Shown here: positions 1 to 10,710 of the stretch, one piece after another
Layout: each line of letters begins with the position of its first letter
Position numbering within the stretch: the stretch's first letter is position 1
Program-made: the position numbers and the translations under genes
Notes under the pieces: generated by a model
Seen by the model: the letters and a program-made list of their open reading frames with translations, nothing else
Told to the model about the DNA's origin: nothing
Database searches by the model: none
From: Marsupella aquatica
Lineage: Eukaryota > Plantae > Marchantiophyta
Direction: 5' to 3'
DNA length: 64,000 bases
Assembly: GCA_973895155.1 (NCBI GenBank)
Contig: OZ316897.1
Span: forward strand, 1,861,212 to 1,925,211

Positions 1-2
1 TT

Positions 3-3000
3 AACGAAATAAAAGACACCACAATGGCCATGTCACCTCCTCCTATGAACATGATGTCACCTCCTCCCATGGACATGATGTCACCTCCTCCCATGGACAT
101 GATGTCACCTCCTCCTATGGACATGATGTCACCTCCTGATGCAATGGTGCCGGGATGTAGCCTCAGCAGTTGCTCCTCATCTGTAGATACTCTCTTCCTC
201 ATGAATACAGCAGACCAGGGTGGTGCTGTGTATGTTGATGATACTTCCACAACCTGTTCAGATGGAATGTCTCCCGGTGGCACAATAGACGTCACAAATT
301 CACGCTTTGAGAACAACTCAGCCATGGTACTGATTTTCATATTCTCTAGTTACATTCTAGTTAATTAGAGATGCATACACAGCTCAAAGGTCGAAGGACT
401 ATGTCCTTCCCTTGTTTTGTCGTAATTACTTGTATATTGATACACTGGAGATTATTTACGTGTCAGGATGCTGGAGGAGCCATATTTCTTGGCTGGCGTG
501 CAGCAGGAGCTGCTGCCCAGATTAAGAATTCTGACTTTGTGGACAATGCTGCCATGGTTTGCACTTCCTAATCTTTTCTCTCCATTGAAAGATTTCAATC
601 ACACACTCAGGAGCTACTTAAGAGCACAAACAAACATCTATGTAATATTCAGTACAACTTTTTCATTTAACAAAGCAAGCATATATAGAGTTGAAGTCTT
701 ATATAGCTCAAGTCTCTGTGACCGCCCCCCCTCCCCATCTCTAAAGTTTGACCTTATAGTTGTTCATTACAGTAATACCCTCTTGGCTAAAGGGAATTTA
801 CTGTCTACTTGTGACACATACAACCACACACATATATTTATATTGTACAACATATAGTAGACATTCCTCACATACATCATGTAGCTGTTTGTCTATGCAT
901 TCATAGTTAGCTAATTAACAGTTGATGATTCATAGTCAGGCTGGCTGGCAGTGAAAAGTTTCTTGATCCTCCTCACTGTTGTGACCTGCCCTGATTAAAC
1001 AGAATTCTGGTGGAGATATAACCTTGGACAAAGCTCTTACAGCCTCACATGGGGTGTGGCTATTTGCTTACGATACCCAATTCTCTGGCACTATTGGGGG
1101 CGCATCAATGCAGGTATAAGCTCAAACTCTACACCTCTTGATCCCGCATGTGGAATTTTCAAGTGGAAATGATGAGTTATGTTCATTAATTTGGCTTTTT
1201 ATAAGTTGTCCTTGAATAAAAAATTTAAGAGTAGGCATGCTCTACTTCACTTAGATGAAAGTGATGTTCTCCAGATTCATTCCAAATAACAACATATCTG
1301 AGTGTTGACTTTTGTTGCTAGCAAGGATAATTTATAATTCTTTTGGTTGTGAGGACTTAGTTGGCATGATTAGCTAGTCTGTGGGTCAAATTGAAGGTGC
1401 CCATATATTGTGGGTTGTGGTCTTTGCATGGTTGGATCACCAGCATACGCAAGTTGTGGATGTGGGAGCACTTGGCAACGCGAGCTTCTCTAAATGCAAA
1501 TTCCCTGTAAGGTCCCAAGGACATTTGAATTGAATTTTTGAGCTAGCTAGTGCTAGATTCTGAAATTAGTGAATCAGATCAAATCTCCATTTAGGCTATT
1601 CTGATTGTTGAAACTTGAATTGACCACTGAGTTGCCAATAAGCAACTTACATCTATCATTGTTGGTCTAAACTTGTTCAGATGTCGGACTCGGTGAATTG
1701 CATGGGTAGCGCATGCGATTTCTGCCCAGCCAAATCACTTCAACCATCTGTAACTGGGCCATCTAATCCTGATGTAAGATTTGGAATTGTGTTTGGCTTT
1801 GATTCTGGGTCAAATAAATAACTTATCAAAGGTGCATAATTACTTAAAGAGAAATCAGAGTTCAGGGTAGGATCAGGACTGCACCAATTTTGTTATTTAG
1901 CTCGTCAAGAGACTTGATCATTTCATAGTAGTTGTTATAATTCCATTGATTGCAATGATTTTAGTTCCCATCATGTAGCTTATATATCTTAGCAATCCTC
2001 AGAGTGTTCAATGTCTAGTAACATGGATTTTCTCTAATTTTCAAATATTACATGACAGCTGTCAGCACTGTCAGATCTACCATGGCCAGCATCTCTTGCG
2101 CCAACCTGTCCCATGCCCAGGGGCAATCTTTGCGGTTGGATACCTAGCGAATGTCTTGCCTCGCCCCCTCCCCCACCTAGCCCATCTCCTCCTCCACCAA
2201 GTCCACCAAGTCCACCCATGTGGTCTCCTCCACCACCCTCCCCTCCTCCCCCAAGTCCCCCACCCCCCTCCCCTTCTCCACCTCCACCATCTCCACCTCC
2301 GCCACCAGCATCACCTCCACCGCCTTCTCCACCGCCTAGTCCTCCCCCACCCCCTAGTCCCCCTCCTCCATTGTGGTCACCCCCACCTCCAACTTGGTCT
2401 CCTCCACCTCCTCCAGCTCCAGCTAGTCCTCCTCCCCCACCAGATTCACCTCCACCACCAGCACCTCCACCACCCCCTTCTCCACCACCTCCTGCATCAC
2501 CACCACCCCCATCATCTCCTCCTCCACCACCACCAAGCTCTCCTCCACCACCAGTTTGGTCCCCTCCTCCCCCAACTTGGTCTCCACCTCCACCAACACC
2601 ATGGACCCCTCCCCCCCCAACATGGTCACCTCCACCCCCAGCTTGGTCCCCTCCACCCCCAACAGACATATGGAGCCCACCCCCACCAGTGTGGTCCCCT
2701 CCCCCTCCTGTTTGGTCTCCACCGCCACCCACATGGCCTTCTCCACCACCACCTTGGACACCACCCCCTCCACCAGCGCCCTTGTCTCCACCACCTCCAC
2801 CCATGCTATCCCCACCTCCACCCATGCTATCATCCCCACCTCCACCCATGCTATCACCCCCACCACCAATGCCTGATTGCTCAATGTGCCCTCCACACAC
2901 CAAGAAGGGAAGTATCAAGGGTGACCCTCACTTCCTCGGGAAGCATGGAGAGCGATTTGACTTCCAAGGACAAAAGAATACTGACTACTGCGTTGTCTCC

Positions 3001-5194
3001 GACAAGAACGTGCATGTCAATATGCATGTCTTTCCAGGCATTCACAAGGGAACTACGGTGAGCCTAAGCAACCGAATCTAAAATCCAAATGATTTCTCAT
3101 GTGTTTTGAGTTAAATACTACTGTGGCCCAGGCCGAAATGAGTATTGCTGTATTTCTAAGAATGATTGTACTTTAATAATGTCTAGTTACAACTTGTAGA
3201 ATCTGCAGCTTTGGATTCATTCTTTTGTTGAGGTAGTTGACGAAAGAGAACAAATTGAATGCATTTTCACTTGTAAGTGATTGGGGTAATCTAGATCTAC
3301 TTGTGAAGCCAGATTGGATCACGACATATCGGAAACTAATCATTTTTTAAGTCACAGTGTTCAGTCTTACCATGACCTCGAGAAACTAACTGTCCCTTGC
3401 TTTTCCAATTATGCAGTTTATTTCCCAAATTGGTGTGCTGTACAAGGAGTCTTTCGTCCTCGTCGATGCTCATGCTAACTCTAATGCTTCTGCTTTCAAA
3501 CAACAGTGGAAACTCTTGGTGAACAATGTAAGTTGAATAAATTCTCTGCAATGAATTAGTGCAGTCAATTATCTTGCCATATTCTGTTTCCCCCAGCTTC
3601 ACTATGATGGACACACTCATGAGTCCACAACCGTGAGTGTAAATGTATGAACATGTTTCATTTTTAGTCTTGATGGAAGTTAGAGAGCATTTTGAGCTCG
3701 CATCCTAACTTGGTTTGATGGTTCGGTTATCGCAATATGTAAGGAAGCTTGAAGTAACGTATTGATCTGTATGACTCGTGTTTCAAATTCATGGAACTTA
3801 AGTTTTGGAGAATTAATGGGCTGGCTGTTCGTGTTCTTTCCAGGTTGAAGTGAAACCTCATCACGATTTTACTACCACAGACGGATTAATTGTTCACCGT
3901 GGTTCCAATGGAGCTCATATCCAAGTCTTGGGAGAGCTCGACATGAACATAACTGTTCGCCCACCAACATTCACACCACGTGGATCGGGCCAAAACTACG
4001 TAACAAATCGTTTCCCATCTTGAGTTCTATGCGGCGGCAAGGCTTGGTTTTCCTGAGCTTTTGTTTTTGTTCTACTTGCGAATTTCTGCTATGCTGTAAT
4101 CAAGAAAGGCAATTCTGCTATCGACAACTACCATGATCTACATTTCTGTGTGTTATCTTGCAATTATGGCACGCACAATTAACATAGATATGACTTGGAC
4201 TAGAGTGAACATCTTACTATGTCTTACTATGGTAATATCTTACTATGCTCAGCTAATCTGGTCTTTTATAAATGATGGCGAACAACAGGTCAACTTCAAG
4301 ATTGATCAACTGAAAACAACTCCACAAGTTCATGGAGTACTTGGTATGTGGGCATTTATTTGTGGCACTTAAGTTGACCTATCCAAGCTAAGTCTGCGAG
4401 ATAACTCAGCGACATCAACGACTAGGACATGATTGATGATTGTTTGAAATTGTTAAGTTGTAGAGTTGTACAGTAAATATTGATTTGCAGGCTGTAGAAA
4501 CTCAAGTACGTGAACTAATTGTCAGCTGGTGGACAAGGAAGCTGCAATTTGATGCAACTGGATGGATAACTAATTATGTCGATAAAATACTGTGAATACA
4601 GGTCAGACCTATAAAGAAACTAAACAGACATACAAGAAGCTCCACGAAGCCAGGCACAAGAAAGGGCATCAAAGGGCATCCACCATCTTCGTTGATGGCA
4701 GAGCCGAGGACTATGCAACAACCGATATCCTGGCCCCAGATTGCAAGTTCACTCAGTTCCAGGTTTGTAATTTTTCACAATCTCGAGTTCTATGGTTCCC
4801 CAATTACGCTATTTTGAGCTGAACATCCATAAATATGATCATGTTATTGTAGATTGTTCGTGAAAGAGCAGTTGTCATCCAATTCGACACAAATTCTTAG
4901 GCTTGTTTGCTACGCAATCCTTGTAATCAATCCTAAACCTGTGAAATCATAATGTAGATCTTCAAGAGTGTTGTCTGTGGTTTTTAGATACAATCAATCG
5001 CAACAGCATCCGTGAACTTATGAGACTTCTATATAATCATGTTGCAGGGTCAAAAGAACGTGGTAAAGAGGATTCACAGGGCTCTGATGAGTACTGCTGG
5101 AGCCCTTTTCACAAACGACGGTGTAGAAGAGATTGTTGACATCTGTACTGGATTCGGGGTGGATACATTGGATTGCATGTTCAGGCTTAACTGA
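3..5194 (+). CDS. Multi-exon extensin-like / Root_cap (LEA-related) protein with N-terminal GGA(I/V)-FxxN beta-helix-like repeats; probably 5'-truncated by the window
   Basis: Hand-spliced exons with GT/AG boundaries keep one frame: <3-326, 467-556, 1003-1113, 1444-1506, 1681-1773, 2059-3057, 3417-3527, 3597-3632, 3844-3999, ~4289-4343, ~4602-4762, 5048-5194 (TGA). The product has a ~240-aa SPPPP/WSPPPP block, then GDPHFLGKHGERFDFQG..YCVVSDKNVHVN, VHGVLGQTY and EDYATTDILAPDCKF, which are typical of the plant root-cap/LEA-related family. The frame is open to the window edge. Confidence 0.85.
27..140 (+). repeat. 24-bp coding tandem repeat (~5 copies) encoding MMSPPPMD
   Basis: The unit atgtcacctcctcccatggacatg repeats directly in the sequence. 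Confidence 0.95.
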
Positions 5195-5343
5195 TTACTC
5201 TAGATCTCCAAAGCAGTCCACTAGCTTCTTCGAAGTAGTTGATAACCATGTATCTCTCATCGATTCAAGATCCTCAATTTTGAGCCATGAACCTATCTTT
5301 ATGGCTGCGAGTTCCCCCACCCTCTCTTTGTATTCGATGAGCG

Positions 5344-5609
5344 TCTAGTATATATGCCATTGCAAGCATTTTCAGATTTGTGCCGCCCTCAAAAGATGTA
5401 GCCCAAGCAGGAGTACAGAATGGGCCGGTATCAATGAGGATCCAGCAAGTTGGCTAATTAACTTAAGTTAGCCAACTGTTGCTTTGGTGACTCTTCTAGA
5501 CCGCTAAATAACTTGTTGTCAGTGATATACAAGCTGATCAATCCTAGTTTGTTCTGAATACCCCGAGAGGGAGACACAAATCTGAAAATGCTTGCAATGG
5601 CATACTAGA
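5344..5609. mobile_element. MITE-like / hairpin element with ~38-bp terminal inverted repeats
   Basis: 5353-5390 (tatgccattgcaagcattttcagatttgtgccgccctc) is the reverse complement of 5567-5604, with 30 bp perfect and then 2 mismatches. The ends are TA-rich, and there is an internal palindrome agttggctaa...ttagccaact at ~5448-5477. Confidence 0.65.
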
Positions 5610-6249
5610 AGTATACTTCATGCTATGTTCAATAGTAGAACTGTTAGAAATAGTATTGATTTGAACTCTTAACAATTTTGTTTCTAAATCAATATCATAA
5701 TTAAATTTCTATTCCTAATATGCGTTGCTATGCTGTACAAATCTGGCCTACTTCAATCGAATGTACTCTCTTCGCTGGCCTATGGATAATTTCTCCTTTA
5801 ATTTTTCGAAAAACAATACCCATCATCTTTATTATCGTTACGAAAACTAGCGGAAAGGTTAATGCAATACAGGAAAACTGGTGACAGGTAATGGTCACCA
5901 CAACGCGACCTCCTTTGAAGAGGTTTCGTTTCTCCTGCCTCGGTTTCCGGCCATCAGGCTTGGATCTATCAGCTCGCCTATCAACCATGATTAAGCCATT
6001 GTTAGGGCTGAAATTTCCATTCTTCCTGTTGACTCTAGATTATGAGAAAACATTCCATGAGTAAGAGCATCAGCCATTTGAGTTTAAATTAAAGGGCCTG
6101 CAACGAGGCTGGTAACTCTGCCTGAAGTGAATGAGAACTTTCCACGAAGTGTCACTCAGCAATTCGATGTCGATTTCAACCTGTAGGATAGGAAACCGAG
6201 ACATGACATCTCGTCAGTTAACTTTGCAGTCTTGTCATGTACATTGACT

Positions 6250-6840
6250 CAGTATTCCGGTTTGACCTGTAAAGAGCCACTAGCCATGACAAAAACCTGA
6301 TTACACCATATTTCACCATTTTTAGTATTTTTTCCTGAATTGTGGAGTTAGAGGAGAAGAATGTGAAAAAGTGAGAAGTGTTGGACTCTTCTCCTTTTAT
6401 ATGGCCAGTGGTGGTATACGAGAGAATTGAAATTGTAGTTTACATAAGTAGCTGGCATCAGTAATTGCAACAAAGGCATTTATAACTACACTACCTATTG
6501 CAGTGGTTTCTTCTATACCATTGGCAGTAGTACTTGATATTTTACCTTCGGTAAAGCGTTGAGTTGCTTCAAGACCGGCGAATCCCGCTGGTGGACATAA
6601 TCAAACAAATGCTGCTCCACAGACCGCTTCAATTCTTCGCACCCCAGCAGCAATTAATACCCTGCTCTGAGATAATCTTGATTCCCCGAATGTCTGCGGT
6701 ATTCCTAACATGTGTACCTCCACATAACGCCGTTCTAATTCCTTCTACATTGACAACCGTAACCTGAATCAAGAGATGACATACGTCAATGGACTACGTT
6801 TTACAACCACATGCATTAACAGTCTTCGCCATAGGCGTCA
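6250..6840 (-). pseudogene. Alanyl-tRNA synthetase (organellar-type) editing-domain (tRNA_SAD) pseudo-exon
   Basis: The minus-strand exon 6763-6546 (AG|...|GT) reads VTVVNVEGIRTALCGGTHVRNTADIRGIKIISEQGI, frameshift, AAGVRRIEAVCGAAFV, frameshift, DYVHQRDSPVLKQLNALPK. This is the AlaRS CGGTH...GxRRIEAV signature. A YGED remnant lies upstream (~6830) and the next acceptor gives VKPE (~6266). Confidence 0.85.
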
Positions 6841-6849
6841 TCCTCCAAA

Positions 6850-8450
6850 TACAGGCATCGCAGCTCCGGGTGGATCTCTTTATCGTGGTTGATCAGCAAG
6901 GTGCGAGTGCTCACAGCATTTGCTTTAACAACGAGACGGACCCATAAGGTTCCGCTACATTCATTACGGTGGCCCAGTCCTCGTACTATGATGGATCCTG
7001 TAAGCCAGCACCGAGCCCACTCTCCTCTCGCGCACTTTGAGAAGGGCCTCGCCGATTGCAATCTGAGCCTTGAGGTCGGCGGCCTCTCGCTCTCCCTCTT
7101 TCTGACTAGCCTCCAAAGTGGCCACCTGAGCTTCGGCTTCACCCAAATTTTCTCGGCAGGTGCCCAAAGTCGTCTTCAACGAGAGGAGATCGGCCTCGAG
7201 CTTTCCCACCTTCTCAGTGAGTGCCACTGAGCTCTTCGCCCAATGCTCGTGTAACCGTAGCCCTGCATTGGCAGCCTCCCGTAGACGCCAATGATAGTAG
7301 CATAAATGGGTGGACTTTGCATAGGCACTTCGACCTCCACCAGCCCCTTCACCCTTGCCTGGTCATACTTGGTGTGTCCCTGGAGAGCCACTAAGCTCTT
7401 CACCCAGTGCTTGTGTAACTGAAGCCCTGCATTGGCAGCCTCCAGCAGATCACCGATGATGGTAGCATAAATGGGTGAAATCTGCACAGGCACTTGGACC
7501 TCCACCAGCCCCTTCACCCATGCCTGGTCATACTCAGGACTGGTGGCTGAACTCTCAGGGTCTCCCAGGTTGCAGCACCTGCCAGCTCCCGATTGAATCC
7601 AGAGATTGATACTCCCTCCCTCACCCGGTACGTTGTTGTTATCCGTACCTCCATCCCTCATTTCTGCTGGTGCTTCGTCTTTCAATTCGACCGTATTGTG
7701 CCCCGGGATTGTGCACGAGTGTCTCACCTTGCTCCTGCTACGGGTGGCATCATTAGACCTGGCCTTCCTCTTCTTGGCCGGTGTGCTCTCCCCAGCCCCT
7801 TCCTCTGAAGCACACGTCCTGGTGTCCCACAAGAATGCGCGCAGACGGATAACCAAGCTCCCCTTCCTCTGAAGCACACATCTTGGTGTACCACAAGAAT
7901 GCACACGTATAACCGAGCTTGGCCTTCACAGAGACTACTCCCTTGCTGTCCTGGTGGCGCTTGCTCATTCCAAATCGCCACCATCCCAATACATGGTCCG
8001 GGTGGACCTTATGTCCAAATTGATTGCCAACTCCGGTCTCGAGAATGCATTTGGGCTCCGCTCCACTATTTTGATGCAGAATTGCTACATGGGCTCTCCC
8101 TTAAATGCCGAGAAGACCATCCTGCCTCTCCGTGCCTTGCGTCCGCCCGCCACCCACTCGGCTGATTTCTCAGATGAAAGAGGGTCGGGTGGTGCGGTTC
8201 GGGCAAACCCCCAAATCCCGGTGGGGAAGTCTAAGTGCTTCGCAGCACTCCGCGTACGAGATGGTGACTCCAAATGCCATCAACTGGACCCCCCCCTGAC
8301 CAATGTGGATTCCCTTTTCTACGTCCATGCAAATCTTCTCATGTGGTATTTTGATGGCCAACTTTAAGAACTCCATAAGGCCACTGCTCTCGAATTCCAC
8401 CTCCATAGCCTCAGCTGTCGTGGGAGCCGCAATGGGAAAAAACATTTCCC
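6850..8450 (-). pseudogene. Decayed TE-type accessory ORF (helical N-domain, basic disordered linker, C-terminal coiled coil)
   Basis: Broken minus-strand ORFs give SGLMEFLKL..ISYAECCEALRLP, STPAKKRKARS and the heptad-rich ALTEKVGKLEADLLSLKTTL...EAADLKAQ. There are stops, frameshifts and internal tandem duplications (~150 bp at ~7230-7535; ~62 bp at ~7800-7920). The family assignment is inference. Confidence 0.4.
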
Positions 8451-8452
8451 TT

Positions 8453-8790
8453 TTTTTTTTTTTGGCCTTGAAAACAGAAAGCAGACCCATCCAACACCCA
8501 TCCAACAGAGGATAAACGTCCTGCTTTGGAGCATGCAGTTCAAGTAGGGCAGCCACAAGGGGACAATACCCAAGGATCCGACACTGACCCAGACTAGGAG
8601 GGAGAGAAGATTAAACCAGAACCCAAAGTGGACAACCAGAGCTGAGGAGATAATCAATACTCCCACCACTACACCCCACCTACACACACACACATACCCT
8701 CCACACCCCTTATGTGTGGAGGGAGGATTGAACCTGGGACCTCTCGGTTCTAGGCTCATCCTCTGGCCAACTGACCAAAGCCGTTGGTTA
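8453..8790 (-). mobile_element. tRNA-derived SINE with poly(A) tail and 16-bp TSD
   Basis: Minus strand shows Box A TGGTCAGTTGG (8777-8767) and Box B GGTTCAATCC (8734-8725). The poly-A tail is the T run at 8451-8463 on +. The direct repeat aaaaaacatttccctt occurs at 8437-8452 and 8791-8806. Confidence 0.88.
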
Positions 8791-9266
8791 AAAAAACATT
8801 TCCCTTCTTCTTGGATTTTCTTGTCTCCATCCTGAATCGCCGCCTTATTCGCATTTCAAGTAACCCGAACCTCTGGCTCTCCTCCTACGCCCTGAGCTAG
8901 TGAGCTGTGTATGGGCCATGAGACCAACTCCTGGTCTTCTTTCAGTAACCGAGCTGAATACATGGAGGGACGAGGAAGAAAAGACGTCCAGCTACTCTTA
9001 AATAAATTGTAAGGTTTTAAAGGAGGATTACAATCTCTGTGGACAGCAACGGGCCTGGGAAGTCGTCTTTCACTGAATATTTATTTCGTCTACGGAAGGT
9101 TTGTGCGACGATTATGCGCAATTGTCCTTTGTGCGTACTTTGAAATTCTGCACTCTGAACAGATTGCCGAGGACAGTGGATATGGCATAAGCCTGCTTGA
9201 GAGACTTGGGACTGTATTAGGTGTGTAGAAATTTATGAATAAGCTTGATTAACCCACAAAGGGGGA

Positions 9267-10291
9267 GATATATGCTTGATGGCCCCGGTGAAACTTTTTT
9301 TACCTGATGGCCCCTAGGTAACTTTTTTTACCAAGTAGGACTCCTCTTAATGACCAGTACACATGTTCTTGTGTGGTGCCTACATTTGTCCTTGTGTGGT
9401 GCTTACTATGTATGGTGACTCCAAGCAAATTGCACAATTGAACCATGTGGTCAACCTTGCATGGTCGACCTAGAAACCACGGAGATGATTCGGGAGAAAC
9501 CGCGAAAAGAAATTGCCGCTGTCAAAACTGCGATTTGAAAACAATATGCATTATGTCTTCGGATTCACTGGGTTAATGCTTGAAGACACAATGGATTATG
9601 TCTTCGGGTTCAAATTTTTACCGTATCGTGGGGTAGTTATTAGGTATGTTTTTCACGTTGTGCACAAGGGTTTTTCACGATGTTTTCATGCACGACTGTC
9701 AGCGTCAGTGTGGGATACCTCCAAATGTCCACAAATAATATTCAAGTTCAATGTTCAGAATTTGCCTACTGCCGCCACAACAAAAATTGGCAAATGATTG
9801 ATAATTGCGCTCAAAAAATGGTAATACTCCCCCGTGCAATGCATAAAAACAATTTCAAAAGAAGACAGACCCAAAGGTGTCGGGGTACACCCTAAACCCT
9901 ATACCTTGAAACACGGGAAGACATAATCCATTGAGTCTTCAGGCATTAATCCATTGAATCCGAAGACATAATGCATATTGTTTTCAAATCATAGTTTTGA
10001 CAGCGGCAGTCGCTTTTCGTGGTTTCTCCCGAATCATCTCTATGATTTCTTGGTCGCGCGACCATGCAAGGTTGACCACACAGTTCAACTGTGCAGTTTG
10101 CTTGGAATCACCATACATAGTAGACACCACACAAAGACAGGTGTAGGCACCACACAAGGACAGGTGTACTGATCATTAAGAGGGGTCCTACTTGGTAAAA
10201 AAAGTTACCTAGGGGCCCATAAGGTAAGAAAGGTTCACCAAGGGGCCCATAAGGTAAGAAATGTTCACCAAGGGGCCCATAAGCATATATC
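9267..10291. mobile_element. Foldback / non-autonomous MULE-like element with ~350-bp TIRs
   Basis: 9267-~9612 is the diverged reverse complement of ~9906-10291, for example cccctaggtaacttttttaccaagtaggac versus gtcctacttggtaaaaaaagttacctagggg. The right arm has three ~30-bp subrepeats. The TSD is only weakly recognisable. Confidence 0.85.
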
Positions 10292-10485
10292 GACACAAAA
10301 GAGAAGCGTAATATACGCACTGAGCACAGATCTGTTGAGCACTAGAGAGGATTAGTCACTGGAGAGGATTAGTCAGAGAGGCAACTTCGATCCTGGGAGT
10401 GCGAGGCATAAGCAACAAGCCAACAAGTGCTACCGGACGGTGAGCGTCCTAAACAGATTCTGTCCTAAGCAACTAATGAGCAACG

Positions 10486-10710
10486 TCTATGTACCAATAC
10501 TAAATGACTCATTGAAGTGTAAATTAATTACATCTGAGTGACGAGTGACGGCTACTAATTGATTCTGGCTGTCTCTGTACCAATATACTAAATGACTAAT
10601 TGAAGATAAATTAATTACATCTGAGTGACTGCTGCTTGTCTCTGTACCAATATACTAAATGACTAATTGAAGAGTAAATTAATTACATCTGAGTGACGGC
10701 TGCTGATTGA
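10486..10710. repeat. Three ~65-85-bp tandem repeats
   Basis: The unit tgtaccaatatactaaatgactaattgaag..taaattaattacatctgagtgac occurs three times. Confidence 0.9.

Noticed and set aside
2034-3061. Gly-rich antisense ORF (2034-2918) and His/Leu-rich alternative-frame ORF (2096-3061)
   Set aside because: These are shadows of the Pro-codon-rich extensin exon.
8715-8785. tRNA gene
   Set aside because: A and B boxes are present but there is no clean acceptor or anticodon stem. It sits in an element with a poly-A tail and TSD, so it is a SINE head.
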